Positions 45,262 to 54,911 are shown, numbered from the stretch's first letter. The stretch is 64,000 nt of DNA from Gemmatimonadales bacterium (GCA_035623395.1 DASPTN010000086.1:97606-161605), one strand, 5' to 3'. Notes: a model not told the origin generated them from the letters alone. Numbers and translations are program-made.

Positions 45262-45786
45262 TCACGGCGCCTGGCCGGCGGCCGGCCGCACGGCGGCCGA
45301 CGGATAGGCCGCCTTGAGCCGGGCGACGATGCTGTCGAGCAACACGCGTCCGGGGGTGCTGTCCCCCACCATCCGTTCCATGTCGTGCTCCGGCTCGCTC
45401 GGGTCGACCGCGATGCGGCGCACGCACTCCGCCGCCAGGCGGGTCTTGCCGCCCGTGGGATCCGCGAAGAACCTGAGCCGTACCTCGTGGTCGATGTCGC
45501 GGCCGTCGCCGCTCACGGCCGTCCTGCGCAGGAAGTCGTACCAGCCCGACACCAGATACCCTTCGGCCGTATCGAGGAGCGCGACGGTGAGGCCCGCGGA
45601 GCGCACCTCCTGGGCGGCGGACGTGATCACCGCCACGGGCTGACCCTCCAGCTCGACGGATACGCTGCCCGCGATGGGTCCGTAGAGCGGCCGCAGGCCA
45701 CCCAGCCTCGCGCACGCGAACGCCAGCGCCGTGGCGGGGACGAGCGCGACGACGCCGAGGCCTGCGAGGGCGCGGCGGGGCCGCAG
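45262..45786 (-). CDS. Putative lipoprotein; N-terminus requires a non-canonical start (CTG 45786?)
   Basis: The ORF-track start (GTG 45636) is preceded in frame, with no stop, by RRLRPRRALAGLGVVALVPATALAFAC|ARLGG. That is an n-region, an h-region and a lipobox (LAFAC). There is no ATG/GTG/TTG in that stretch. Confidence 0.5.
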   Translation of the reverse strand: MRPRRALAGLGVVALVPATALAFACARLGGLRPLYGPIAGSVSVELEGQPVAVITSAAQEVRSAGLTVALLDTAEGYLVSGWYDFLRRTAVSGDGRDIDHEVRLRFFADPTGGKTRLAAECVRRIAVDPSEPEHDMERMVGDSTPGRVLLDSIVARLKAAYPSAAVRPAAGQAP

Positions 45787-45793
45787 CCGGCGG

Positions 45794-46381
45794 TCAGCGC
45801 TTCGTGGCGTCGGCAGGGGGCCGGGCCGCTCCCGCCCTGGAAGTATCCGCCGGTGCTGGCATCGGCATGTGGGCGGCGGGTGACGCCTGGTCCTCGTCGT
45901 GCTCGTGACCGGTCCGCTCGGCGGGAATCTGCTCCAGCCGCTCGGTGCTGATGCCCAGGCCGTGCTCGAACACGAGCCTGCCGCCGAAGGACGCCGTGAA
46001 GATCAGGATCGCGACGCCGATCACGCCGGCCGTCAGGGCGATCGGCAGTTCCCGGTCGCTCCACACGCCGCGCCGCAGGATCCGCCAGACGGCGAGCAGC
46101 CCGAAGATCGCCAGCACGACGAAGGCGAGCGTCTCGTGGGTCTCCATGATCTCGTGCGCCTGCTCGCTGTGCTGGACCACGTTCTCGGCCAGCAGGCCCG
46201 AGACGATGGCCGCGCCGGTGCCCAGCACGCCGAACACCAGCGTCCAGAAGCCGGCGGCCTTGAGCGACTCGCGCTTGAAGACGAGGCCCAGCAGGTCGAA
46301 CAGCACCGAGATCGGCAGCAGCGCCGGCGGAAGGTCGTTGATCGCGGCGTGCAGGCGCGGCAGGTCGTAGCCCAGAAACAT
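45794..46381 (-). CDS. DUF2231-like integral membrane protein with His/Pro-rich C-terminal tail
   Basis: ORF trimmed to ATG 46381, 2 nt after the upstream stop. Four TM helices. N-terminal DLPPALLPISVLFDLLG resembles DUF2231. Confidence 0.6.
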   Translation of the reverse strand: MFLGYDLPRLHAAINDLPPALLPISVLFDLLGLVFKRESLKAAGFWTLVFGVLGTGAAIVSGLLAENVVQHSEQAHEIMETHETLAFVVLAIFGLLAVWRILRRGVWSDRELPIALTAGVIGVAILIFTASFGGRLVFEHGLGISTERLEQIPAERTGHEHDEDQASPAAHMPMPAPADTSRAGAARPPADATKR

Positions 46382-46383
46382 CG

Positions 46384-47271
46384 TCACAGCCCCAGGGTGG
46401 ATGGCGTCGGCGGCGTGGTGCCGTAGTCGTAGAACCCGCGTCCGGACTTCTTGCCGTAGTACCCCGCGAGCACCATCCGCTTGAGGAGCGGCGGCGGCGC
46501 GTAACGCGCCTCGCGGTACTCGGCGAACATGATCTCCGCGATCTTGTAGGTCGTGTCCAGGCCGACGAAGTCGAGCAGGACGAACGGCCCCATCGGGTGC
46601 CCGCAGCCGAGCTGCATCGCCTTGTCGATGTCCGGCGCGCTCGCCACGCCGTGCTCCAGGGCGCGGATGGCGTCGAGCAGATAAGGCACCAGCAGCAGGT
46701 TCACCACGAAGCCCGAGTTGTCCTTGGCCGCGATCGGCTCCTTGCCGAGCTTCGCGGCGAAGGCGAACGCGCGCTCGAAGGTCTCGGCCGACGTGGTGAC
46801 GGTGCGCACCACCTCGACCAGCTTCATCACCGGCACCGGGTTGAAGAAGTGCAGGCCGACGAAGCGGTCGGGCCGGCGCGTGGCCGCGGCCATCGCGGCG
46901 ATCGTGAGGCTCGAGGTGTTGGAGGCGAACACGGTCGCCGGCCGGCACAGGCCGTCCAGCTCCTTCCACAGCGCGTTCTTGGCTTCGAGGTCCTCGGTGA
47001 CGGCCTCGATCACGATGTCGGCGTCCTTGAGGTCGCCCACCCTGGTCGTGAAGCGGAGCCGGCCGAGCGTGGCGTCGCGCGACGCGGCCTCGAGCTTGCC
47101 CTTCTCGACCAGCTTGTTGAGGGAGCCGGCGATGGCGCCCTTGCCCTTGTCGATCAGCGCGTCGCTGATCTCGCGGACGACGGTGGGAAAGCCGGCCGCG
47201 GCGGCGGTCTGGGCGATGCCGCTGCCCATCAGGCCGCAGCCGAGCACGCCGACGGTGGCGATCTCGCTCAT
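46384..47271 (-). CDS. 3-hydroxyacyl-CoA / 3-hydroxybutyryl-CoA dehydrogenase
   Basis: ATG 47271 overlaps the upstream stop (ATGA). VGVLGCGLMGSGIAQ NAD motif, SNTSSL, HFFNPVPVMKLVE and GFVVNLLL. Confidence 0.9.
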   Translation of the reverse strand: MSEIATVGVLGCGLMGSGIAQTAAAAGFPTVVREISDALIDKGKGAIAGSLNKLVEKGKLEAASRDATLGRLRFTTRVGDLKDADIVIEAVTEDLEAKNALWKELDGLCRPATVFASNTSSLTIAAMAAATRRPDRFVGLHFFNPVPVMKLVEVVRTVTTSAETFERAFAFAAKLGKEPIAAKDNSGFVVNLLLVPYLLDAIRALEHGVASAPDIDKAMQLGCGHPMGPFVLLDFVGLDTTYKIAEIMFAEYREARYAPPPLLKRMVLAGYYGKKSGRGFYDYGTTPPTPSTLGL

Positions 47272-48098
47272 GAGTGCCCCTCGAGGGACTTCTTGATCTC
47301 GTTGGCGATGCGGCCGAACGCGCTCAGCCGCGGGCCCGCGATGCGCGGTCGCGACCGGATCTCCCCACGCTCCAGCCGGTCCAGCACCTGCTCCAGCGCG
47401 GTCTGCATCCGCTCGGCCCGCTGGCGGTAGTCGCGCACGACCAGCGACGCCAGGCCGAGCCCGCCGAGCAGCGGCACGACGGCCAGCACCTGGAGGCCGG
47501 GGACCAGCGCGATGGCGATGGTCCCGAGGGCGCCCAGCACCGCCAGGACGCCGGTGCCCACCACCGCGTTGCCGCGCTGCGGGCCGATGTCGGCCGCCAG
47601 TTCCGCGTGGCAGTAGCCGTCCTCGAGCGGCGCGATCTGCACCGAGACGTCGTTGGCGCGCGCCAGGTGATAGGCCCTGCCCTCGAACGAGAGGCCGCGC
47701 CTCATCTCGGCGAACAGGCCCTTCTGGCGCTCCCACACGGTGCGATCCGGAAGGCGGCGCTTGGGCGTCATCGCCTCCTCCTCCGTCATGTATCCGGCGA
47801 GCGCCTGCTCGAGCGCCGCGCGGTCGCCCGGCACGACCCGGTGGGCGAGCACCATGCGCGGCCCGATCCAGCGCGTGGCGAGGTCCCGCTCCAGCGCCGC
47901 CCCGCCCGCGGCTTCCTCGTACAGCGCCTGCCGCAGGAACCGCCCCGGGATGCCCACGTCGGAGCCGAGCTTCAGCAGCTCCTGCTCGGTCAGCCCCTCG
48001 CCAGTGTCCATCTCGCCGGCCTGCAGCTCGGCGGCGCGCTGGATGATCCGCTCGAGCTGCTCGCGGGTGATCTTGCGCGGGGCCAGCTCGCCAGCCAT
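47268..48098 (-). CDS. Hypothetical membrane protein (soluble N-domain, 2 TM, C-terminal coiled helix)
   Basis: 276-aa ORF tightly packed between the SPFH and dehydrogenase genes. The hydrophobic pair is VVGTGVLAVLGALGTIAIALVPGLQVLAVVPLLGGLGLASLVV. Confidence 0.6.
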   Translation of the reverse strand: MAGELAPRKITREQLERIIQRAAELQAGEMDTGEGLTEQELLKLGSDVGIPGRFLRQALYEEAAGGAALERDLATRWIGPRMVLAHRVVPGDRAALEQALAGYMTEEEAMTPKRRLPDRTVWERQKGLFAEMRRGLSFEGRAYHLARANDVSVQIAPLEDGYCHAELAADIGPQRGNAVVGTGVLAVLGALGTIAIALVPGLQVLAVVPLLGGLGLASLVVRDYRQRAERMQTALEQVLDRLERGEIRSRPRIAGPRLSAFGRIANEIKKSLEGHS

Positions 48099-48104
48099 CG
48101 CAAC

Positions 48105-48974
48105 CTACCCCCGTCGCTCGGCGGCCTGACGATCCGGAGGCGGCGGGAGCGCGGCGCCCGGTGCGGCGGCGCCGAGCGCCGCCTTCGCCGCCGCGGCCCC
48201 AAGGGCGACCGGTCCCGTGGGCGCGCCGGCCGTCGCTCCGGCTGCGAGGAACGGCTTCAGCAGATCGATCGGCAGCGGGAAGAACGTGGTGGAGTTCTTC
48301 TCCGATGCGATCTCGGAGACCGTCTGAAGGAAGCGCAGCGTGATCGCCGCCGGCTCTTGGCCGATGACGTGCGCCGCCTGCGCCAGCTTCTCGGAGGCCT
48401 GCAGCTCGCCCTCGGCGTTGATGACCTTGGCGCGCCGCTCGCGCTCCGCTTCGGCCTGCCGCGCCATCGCGCGCTTCATCTCGACCGGCAGGTCCACGTC
48501 CTTGACCTCGACGGCGGATACCTCGATGCCCCACTCGACCGTGCGGGCGTCGATGATCGCCTTCAGCGTCTCGTTGATCTTCTCGCGCTCGCTCAACAGC
48601 TCGTCGAGCTGGTGCTGGCCGCACACGCTCCGCAGCGTGGTCTGGGCGAGCTGGCTGGTGGCGTAGAGGTAGTTCTCGATCCCGATGATCGCGGCGGCGG
48701 GGTCCTTCACCTTCATGTACAGCACCGCGTTGACCTTGAGCGAGATGTTGTCGCGGGTGATCACGTCCTGCGGCGGGATGTCGAGCGCCACGATCCGGAG
48801 CGACACCCGGTGCATGTGGGCGATCATGGAGGGCAGGAAGACGAGGCCCGGGCCCTTGGTGTTCCAGTAGCGGCCGAGAAAGAAAGCGACCGCGCGCTCG
48901 TACTGCTTGATGATGCGGAGGCTGGAGAGCGCGTACAGCGCTGCCACCACCGCGGCGATAGCGAGAGCGTCCAC
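48105..48974 (-). CDS. SPFH/band-7 (stomatin-like) protein
   Basis: N-terminal TM followed by [16 protein letters not shown]...[20 protein letters not shown]...[18 protein letters not shown]...[10 protein letters not shown]. Classic SPFH core. Confidence 0.9.
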   Translation of the reverse strand: MDALAIAAVVAALYALSSLRIIKQYERAVAFFLGRYWNTKGPGLVFLPSMIAHMHRVSLRIVALDIPPQDVITRDNISLKVNAVLYMKVKDPAAAIIGIENYLYATSQLAQTTLRSVCGQHQLDELLSEREKINETLKAIIDARTVEWGIEVSAVEVKDVDLPVEMKRAMARQAEAERERRAKVINAEGELQASEKLAQAAHVIGQEPAAITLRFLQTVSEIASEKNSTTFFPLPIDLLKPFLAAGATAGAPTGPVALGAAAAKAALGAAAPGAALPPPPDRQAAERRG

Positions 48975-48987
48975 CGGTCGGTCCCCC

Positions 48988-50199
48988 CTACTTGGTGAAG
49001 GCTTCGACCATCACGGCGGCCCCCTGGCCGCCGCCGATGCACGCGCTGCCGACGCCGAAGCGTCCGCCGTTCTGCCGCAGCGCGTGGAGGAGGTGAATGG
49101 TGATCCGCGTGCCGGAAGCGGCGAGCGGGTGCCCGATGGCGATCGCGCCGCCGTGCACGTTGACCTTCTCCCGCGGCAGGCCCAGCTCCTTCTCCACCGC
49201 CACGTACTGCGGCGAGAACGCCTCGTTGACCTCGATCAGGTCGACCCGATCGAGCGTCACACCGGTCTTGGCCAGCAGCTTCCGGATCGCGGGCGCGGGC
49301 CCCAGCCCCATGAACTTGGGCTCGACGCCGGCGACCGCCCAGGCCACCAGGCGGCCCAGCGGCTTCAGCCCCTTCGCCCTGGCGACGTCCTCCGACGCCA
49401 CGACGCACGCCGCCGCGCCGTCGCAGATCCCGCTCGCGTTGCCGGCGGTCACCAGGCCGTCCTTCTTGAAGTACGGCGCGAGCTTGGCGAGGCCCTCCAG
49501 CGTGGTGGCGGGCCGCATGTGCTCGTCGGCGCGGAAGTCGACCGTCTGGCGGGTCCTGGGGTCCTTCACCTGGACGGCGACGACCTCGGGCTCGAACACC
49601 CCCTGGTCCCAGGCGCGCTTGGCCAGTTGCTGGGAGCGCAGCGCGAACTCGTCCACCTCGCCGCGCGACAGCCGGTACTTCTCCGCCAGGTTCTCCGCCG
49701 TCTGCGCCATCGAGAAGCCGCACATGGGGTCGGTGAGCGACTCCCACAGCAGGTCTTCCAGCGGCGCGGGCGGGCCGAGCCTGAGTCCCCAGCGCGCGCC
49801 GCGGATCACGTGCGGCGCCTGGCTCATGGACTCGCCGCCGCCGGCGAGCACGACCTTCGACTCGTCCAGCAGGACCTGCTGGGCCGCCTGCACGATCGCC
49901 TCGAAGCCGGAGCCGCACAGCCGGTTCACGGTGAGCGCGGGGACCTCGACGGGGAGGCCGGCCTTGAGGCCGACGTGGCGGGCGAAGTAGATGGCGTCGG
50001 CCGAGGTCTGCAGGGCGTTGCCGAAGACCACGTGGTCGAATTCGGCGGGTGCGACGCCCGAGCGCTCCACGGCACAGCGCGCCGCCGCGGCCGCGAGGTC
50101 GATGGCCGATTGGTCCTTGAGGGTTCCGCCGAACGTCCCGAACGGCGTCCGCACGCCGCTCAGGAACACCACGTCCTTGTCCTTGCCCTGCGTCTTCAT
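48988..50199 (-). CDS. Acetyl-CoA C-acetyltransferase (thiolase II)
   Basis: [12 protein letters not shown] (active Cys), [15 protein letters not shown] and CIGGGQGAA motifs. 403 aa. Confidence 0.92.
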   Translation of the reverse strand: MKTQGKDKDVVFLSGVRTPFGTFGGTLKDQSAIDLAAAAARCAVERSGVAPAEFDHVVFGNALQTSADAIYFARHVGLKAGLPVEVPALTVNRLCGSGFEAIVQAAQQVLLDESKVVLAGGGESMSQAPHVIRGARWGLRLGPPAPLEDLLWESLTDPMCGFSMAQTAENLAEKYRLSRGEVDEFALRSQQLAKRAWDQGVFEPEVVAVQVKDPRTRQTVDFRADEHMRPATTLEGLAKLAPYFKKDGLVTAGNASGICDGAAACVVASEDVARAKGLKPLGRLVAWAVAGVEPKFMGLGPAPAIRKLLAKTGVTLDRVDLIEVNEAFSPQYVAVEKELGLPREKVNVHGGAIAIGHPLAASGTRITIHLLHALRQNGGRFGVGSACIGGGQGAAVMVEAFTK

Positions 50200-50354
50200 G
50201 GGTCAGGCTCCGCCGGCTCGCTGAAGGAAGCCGGGCAGTCCCGGCAGCGGCGGAATATCGCCCGCCCCATGCGGGCCCAGCAAGACAAGCGTGCCGGGCT
50301 CGCCGAGCGGCGGACTCGCGCGGCGGCGGCGCCGTGGCGATCGTCGTCTTCCGG

Positions 50355-51356
50355 TCAGAACCGCAGCTGCAGTCCGGTGGCGAGTCGGGGAACGAGGCTC
50401 GCCGTTCCGGTCGGCTCCAGTCCGCCACCGAGATCCTGCATGCGGGCCAGGTCGGCCTCGGCCTCCCCATACAGCCGCCGCCCGAGCAGACGCGTCGCGA
50501 CGTGGTAGCCCAGCGCGAGTGCGAGGTAGTCGGTTCTCCGGCTGCTGCCCGCCGTGCCGAACGTGGTCGCGATCCCCACCGTGAGCACGAGCGATTGCTC
50601 GATTGCAGCTCCAGGCGCGGTCAGCTCGTAGCGCGGCTCGGTGCCGATGAACCAGAGCCCGCCGGCGGAGTCCGGCCTGGTGAACCCGCCCAGCGCCAGG
50701 ACGCAGCCCCCGAAGCGTCCGGAGATCCATGCCCCACGTGGTACGACGCCGAAACAGACCTCGGTGCCCATGGCGCTCGCCGTGGCCCGGGAGACACCTG
50801 GGACCGGTGACTTGAGGTCCGGCCTCACGAAAGCTCCCATGTACACCGCGCGCACGCTGACTCCGGCCGTCGGGATGCCCCGGGTCGCCTCGCGCATCCG
50901 CGCGTAGCGGGACATCTCCTTCGGGTCGGTCCAGATGCGGACGCGGATCGGCTCGGTGCCCTCGGCGACTACGTCCATGCGGTACTCCTCCGTGGACCGC
51001 GGCACCAAGAGGAACGCGGCGATCTGGCTCCCGCCGACGGGCCCCCCGCCTTCGAGCGGAACCATGAACAGGGGCGGGAGCGACGGATGGCGGACTGAGC
51101 GCACGGACATCTCACCCTGGGCCGGCTGGACCTCGACGCGGTACACCACTCCCCCCTGGAGCACGATGCGAGGGGCGAGCGCTGAGGGGCCCACGGCGAA
51201 CATCTCGTCGAGCACCAACTCGCGGGCCAAAGGGTCGCGTCGCGCTGTGTCGGGCCGGGCCGGTGGTGTGGTGGGTGGGTTCTGCGCCGCGGCCGTGGCG
51301 GCGGTCGAGACCAGGATGCCGGCGATCAGCGCGAGGAGAGGCGCTCCACGATCCAT
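50355..51356 (-). CDS. Putative secreted/outer-membrane protein (C-terminal beta-barrel-like, terminal Phe)
   Basis: ORF 50355..52670 trimmed to ATG 51356 (MDRGAPLLALIAGILVSTAATAAAQ signal). Ends ...ATGLQLRF, as OMPs do. No family recognised. Confidence 0.55.
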   Translation of the reverse strand: MDRGAPLLALIAGILVSTAATAAAQNPPTTPPARPDTARRDPLARELVLDEMFAVGPSALAPRIVLQGGVVYRVEVQPAQGEMSVRSVRHPSLPPLFMVPLEGGGPVGGSQIAAFLLVPRSTEEYRMDVVAEGTEPIRVRIWTDPKEMSRYARMREATRGIPTAGVSVRAVYMGAFVRPDLKSPVPGVSRATASAMGTEVCFGVVPRGAWISGRFGGCVLALGGFTRPDSAGGLWFIGTEPRYELTAPGAAIEQSLVLTVGIATTFGTAGSSRRTDYLALALGYHVATRLLGRRLYGEAEADLARMQDLGGGLEPTGTASLVPRLATGLQLRF

Positions 51357-52390
51357 TGAGTCACCTCCCGCGTCCCCAGCCGGCCCCCGAGATCGGGCGT
51401 GGTCGCGCCCGCGGCGACGGCGGCGCGCACCGCGTCCTCGAGGGCGGCGGCCGCCTCCAGATGCCGCAATTCGCGCACCATCATCGCTGCGGTCAGGATG
51501 GCCGCGAACGGATTCGCGACGTTCCTGCCGGCCATCGGCGGCGCCGAGCCGTGGACAGGCTCGAACAACCCGGCGCGGCCGGGGTGGAGGTTGGCCGAGG
51601 GCGAGATACCCAGCCCGCCGACGAGCTGGGCCCCGAGATCGGAGAGAATGTCGCCGAACAGGTTCTGGGTCACGATGACCTGGAAGCGCTCCGGCTCCCG
51701 CACCAGCTCCATCGCCAGTGCGTCCACGTAGCGGTGCTCGCGCTCGATGCCGGGGTACTCGCTCCCGACCTCGGCGAGCACCCGCCCCCACAGCCGGTGC
51801 GCCGGCACCGCATTGGACTTGTCCGACATCGTCACCCGCGTCCGGCCGTGCGCCTTCGCCCACTCGAAGGCGTAGCGGATGATCCGCTCGACGCCCCTGC
51901 GGGTGTGCACCTCCTCGGCGAGCTGGATCTCGTCCGGCGTGTCGATCCGGAGGCCGCCGCCCGCGCCGACGTAGATCCCCTCGGTGTTCTCGCGGAAGAT
52001 GGCGAAGTCGATGGTCCGCGGCCCCGACGGGCCGTCGCGCAGCGGGCACAGCGCCGGGTGAAGCAGCGTGACCGGGCGCAGGTTGACGTACAGGTCGAGC
52101 CGGAAGCGGAGTCCGAGCAGGATGTCCTTCGCATGCTCGTTGCCGGGCACGCGCGGATCGCCGAGCGCTCCGACGAAGATCGCGTCGACGTCGTTCCGGA
52201 GGTGGTCGACCGCGGCATCGGGGATCGTCTCGCCGGTCGCGAGGTAGTGGTCGGCCGAGTACGGGAGGCGCTCGACGTCGAGCTCGAACCCGAAGCGCCG
52301 GGAGGCCGCGGACGTCGCCGCGAGAGCGGCGGCGACGACCTCGGGGCCGATCCCGTCGCCCGCGATGACGGCGACCGGGTGGCGCTTCAC
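51326..52390 (-). CDS. Isopropylmalate/tartrate/homoisocitrate dehydrogenase family enzyme
   Basis: GTG 52390 overlaps the upstream stop (GTGA). VIAGDGIGPEV, LRPV, RENTEGIY, VTQNLFGDILSDL and EPVHGSAP motifs. Confidence 0.88.
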   Translation of the reverse strand: MKRHPVAVIAGDGIGPEVVAAALAATSAASRRFGFELDVERLPYSADHYLATGETIPDAAVDHLRNDVDAIFVGALGDPRVPGNEHAKDILLGLRFRLDLYVNLRPVTLLHPALCPLRDGPSGPRTIDFAIFRENTEGIYVGAGGGLRIDTPDEIQLAEEVHTRRGVERIIRYAFEWAKAHGRTRVTMSDKSNAVPAHRLWGRVLAEVGSEYPGIEREHRYVDALAMELVREPERFQVIVTQNLFGDILSDLGAQLVGGLGISPSANLHPGRAGLFEPVHGSAPPMAGRNVANPFAAILTAAMMVRELRHLEAAAALEDAVRAAVAAGATTPDLGGRLGTREVTQWIVERLSSR

Positions 52391-53184
52391 GCCAGCCCGG
52401 ACATCTGCCGTCCGCAGGTGATGCAGAAGCGCCAGCCGACGTCCAGCTCCGCGCCGCAGGACGGGCAGTGCACCACACCGACGTTCTGGCCGCAGTGCGG
52501 GCAGAAGATGACGGCACGACCCACCGGGAGGTCCCCGCCGCAGTAGGCGCACGGCGCGCTTCCCGGCCGGGGCGAGACGCCGCGCGAGGCCGCGGCGTCG
52601 TCGAGGGCGAACGGCAGGTCCGGCCGGCCGGCCGGCTCCGCGTCCGCCGGGCCCGGCGTCGGCTCGGCATCGCCCGTCCCGTCCGGCGGCTCGGGGAACC
52701 AGGGGGCCACCGTGTCGTCGCGTGGCTCGGCCCGGAGCGGCGGCGGGGCCACCGGCGCCGGCCCGGCCTCGACGGCCGCGAGCACCTCCCGGGTGCGATC
52801 GGGATCGAACGTCACCTTCGCGCTCCCGTGCCGCCGGTACGATCCGGTGTCGGGATTGACCCCTGCCGCCTCGCTCGCCAGCGCCACGCGCACCTCCTCC
52901 GGCTCGACGAATGCGTAGCCGCGCTCCCCGGCCAGGAGCCGGAGCAGCGTCATCTCGTAGTCCTCGTGCGAATCGATGCCGAGCACCACGCGGTGCGTAC
53001 GGTAGGGGATCAGGCTCTGGTACAGCTCGTCGACATCCACCGGCCCGTTGATACGCGTGGGATCGAGGTCGGCGAGGTTCAAGATGAGCCGGCGGAACAG
53101 CCGGTCCAGCTCGTCGGGAGAAGATGCTGAATGCGCGGGCAACGCTCCCTGGTCTCGTTGGCGGATGCGCCACGTTAGATTCAC
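52387..53184 (-). CDS. Hypothetical protein with C-terminal double zinc ribbon
   Basis: C-terminus CAYCGG...FCPHCGQNVGVVHCPSCGAELDVGWRFCITCG (four CxxC pairs). The N-domain is unknown and the linker is Pro-rich. Confidence 0.6.
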   Translation of the reverse strand: MNLTWRIRQRDQGALPAHSASSPDELDRLFRRLILNLADLDPTRINGPVDVDELYQSLIPYRTHRVVLGIDSHEDYEMTLLRLLAGERGYAFVEPEEVRVALASEAAGVNPDTGSYRRHGSAKVTFDPDRTREVLAAVEAGPAPVAPPPLRAEPRDDTVAPWFPEPPDGTGDAEPTPGPADAEPAGRPDLPFALDDAAASRGVSPRPGSAPCAYCGGDLPVGRAVIFCPHCGQNVGVVHCPSCGAELDVGWRFCITCGRQMSGLA

Positions 53185-53258
53185 GCTATTCCAATGTCAA
53201 CCAACCGGGTGCGCCGCGCCGGACCGCGCGCCGCACCTCGGCCCCCCGGAGACGTCAC

Positions 53259-54317
53259 ATGCGCGCCTCGACGCTGCTGGCCGCCGTCTGCACGCTCGTC
53301 CCGGTCTCGTCACTGCGGGCGCAGTCGCTGCTCTACCGCTCGCCCAACCTGAGCGGCGACTGGGTGGTGGACCCCGGCGTCGTCCAGTTCAACTTCCTGC
53401 ACCGCTTCAACGTGAGCCCCGGGCCGCAGCGCTTCTTCACCAACTTCCCCACCTTCACCTTCGCGACCGGACTGGGACACGACCTCGGCATCGCCTACCG
53501 GTTCGCCACCAGGGCCCAGGAGGTGCCGGGCGGATCCTCGAACAACGAGTCGGAGGTGCTGGTACGCTGGCGCCTCATCGGCGGACCCGAGGGGGGCGAG
53601 GGATTCGCCGCCGCCGTGACTCCGGCCTACAACTTCAAGGCGGGGAGCCTGGACGGCGAAGCGGCCGCGGACTACACGCGGGGAGCAGTCACGGTGCAGG
53701 GCGCCGTTCGGGAGCTCGGCAGCGCGTTCGGCGCGAAGCGCGCGCAGGCCGCGCTCGCCGGCGGCCTGGTGCTGCGCCTGAACCGGTACTTCGCGCTCTC
53801 GGGCGACTATGCCAAGCTCCTCGGCGGCGACACCCTGGCCGCGTGGAGCGCTGGCGTCCAGGTGCAGATCCCGGGCTCGCCGCACACCTTCGCACTCGAA
53901 GTCAGCAACGTGGCGAGCAACACCCTGCAGGGCAGCTCGAGGGGCCTCAACCAGTTCGGGTCCGTGAAGCGGCTGTACGGCTTCGAGTTCACCATCCCGC
54001 TGCACCTGAGCCGCTTCAAGCCGTGGTTCCACCCGGGCGGCGGGCTGGCGACCGGCGTGAGCGGACCGGCCGCCGCCGACGTGGAAGTCGCCTCGCTTCA
54101 TTTCGGGAGCGACACCGTGCGGATCTCGGCGGGACAGGTAGTGCGCTGGACCAATCGCGATCCCCTGGACCACAGCGTGACGTTCGAGGTGGACGGTCCC
54201 GCTTCGGGGCCGATTCCCGCGAAGGGGAGCTACGCGGTGAGATTCGACCGGCCCGGCACGTTCCCGTACCACTGCACGCCCCACCCGTTCATGAAGGGCG
54301 TCGTCATCGTGCAGTGA
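53259..54317 (+). CDS. Secreted protein: DUF5777-like beta-rich N-domain fused to a type-1 copper (cupredoxin/plastocyanin-like) domain
   Basis: ATG 53259 preceded by GGAG. Signal peptide LLAAVCTLVPVSSLRAQ. FNFLHRFN motif. C-terminal ...WTNRDPLDHSV...FPYHCTPHPFMKG supplies the His-Cys-His-Met ligand set. Confidence 0.7.
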   Translation: MRASTLLAAVCTLVPVSSLRAQSLLYRSPNLSGDWVVDPGVVQFNFLHRFNVSPGPQRFFTNFPTFTFATGLGHDLGIAYRFATRAQEVPGGSSNNESEVLVRWRLIGGPEGGEGFAAAVTPAYNFKAGSLDGEAAADYTRGAVTVQGAVRELGSAFGAKRAQAALAGGLVLRLNRYFALSGDYAKLLGGDTLAAWSAGVQVQIPGSPHTFALEVSNVASNTLQGSSRGLNQFGSVKRLYGFEFTIPLHLSRFKPWFHPGGGLATGVSGPAAADVEVASLHFGSDTVRISAGQVVRWTNRDPLDHSVTFEVDGPASGPIPAKGSYAVRFDRPGTFPYHCTPHPFMKGVVIVQ

Positions 54318-54335
54318 GACGGAGGCGCGGGCGCC

Positions 54336-54911
54336 CTAGGGTACGTCGGCGTCGGGGTCGTAGTCGAGGTACTTCCCTTTCGCTCGCTCGGCGGCGAGCC
54401 ACGCGCCGAACTCCGACGGCACTAGGCCTCCGGCCCCTCGCTGGCCGGCGGCGGCGCGCGTCGCCAGGTGGTTGGCGTACTCGTTCTTGACGTGGCCGGC
54501 GTGCCCGCGCACCCACTGCCACGTCACCGCATGACGCTCGGCCGCGGCAACCAGCTCCTGCCACAGCTCGAGGTTCTCGATCGGCCCGCCCTTGCGGCGC
54601 CAGCCTCGCGCCCGCCACGCGGGCACCCACGCGCGCATCCCTTCCACCAGATAGTTCGAGTCCGAAACGAACCGGATCGCCTGCCGGCGTCCCTTGGCGC
54701 TCAGCAGCTCGAGCGCCGCGATCGCGGAGCGCAGGGCCATCCGGTTGTTGGTGGTATCGGGCTCGGCGACGAAGTAGTCGCGCCGCTCGACGCGGCCCGA
54801 GGCGTCGCGCACTTCGATCAGGCCGCCCGCGCCGCCGGGCGTCGGTGGCTCCTGGCCGTTGCCAAAACACGCCTCGTCGGCGTGCACGAGGATCCGCACG
54901 GGATCGTTCAC
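54336..54911 (-). CDS. rnhA: Ribonuclease HI with about 40-aa C-terminal extension
   Basis: HADEACFGN (D,E), TNNRMALRSAI, SDSNYLV (D) and GHAGHVKNEYANHLA (H,D) match the RNase HI catalytic pattern. GTG start. Confidence 0.88.
   Translation of the reverse strand: MNDPVRILVHADEACFGNGQEPPTPGGAGGLIEVRDASGRVERRDYFVAEPDTTNNRMALRSAIAALELLSAKGRRQAIRFVSDSNYLVEGMRAWVPAWRARGWRRKGGPIENLELWQELVAAAERHAVTWQWVRGHAGHVKNEYANHLATRAAAGQRGAGGLVPSEFGAWLAAERAKGKYLDYDPDADVP

Noticed and set aside
50355-52670. 771-aa ORF read as a single gene
   Set aside because: Only the last 333 codons (from ATG 51356, with a clean signal peptide) look like a protein. The upstream portion overlaps the well-supported IPMDH-like gene in another frame.
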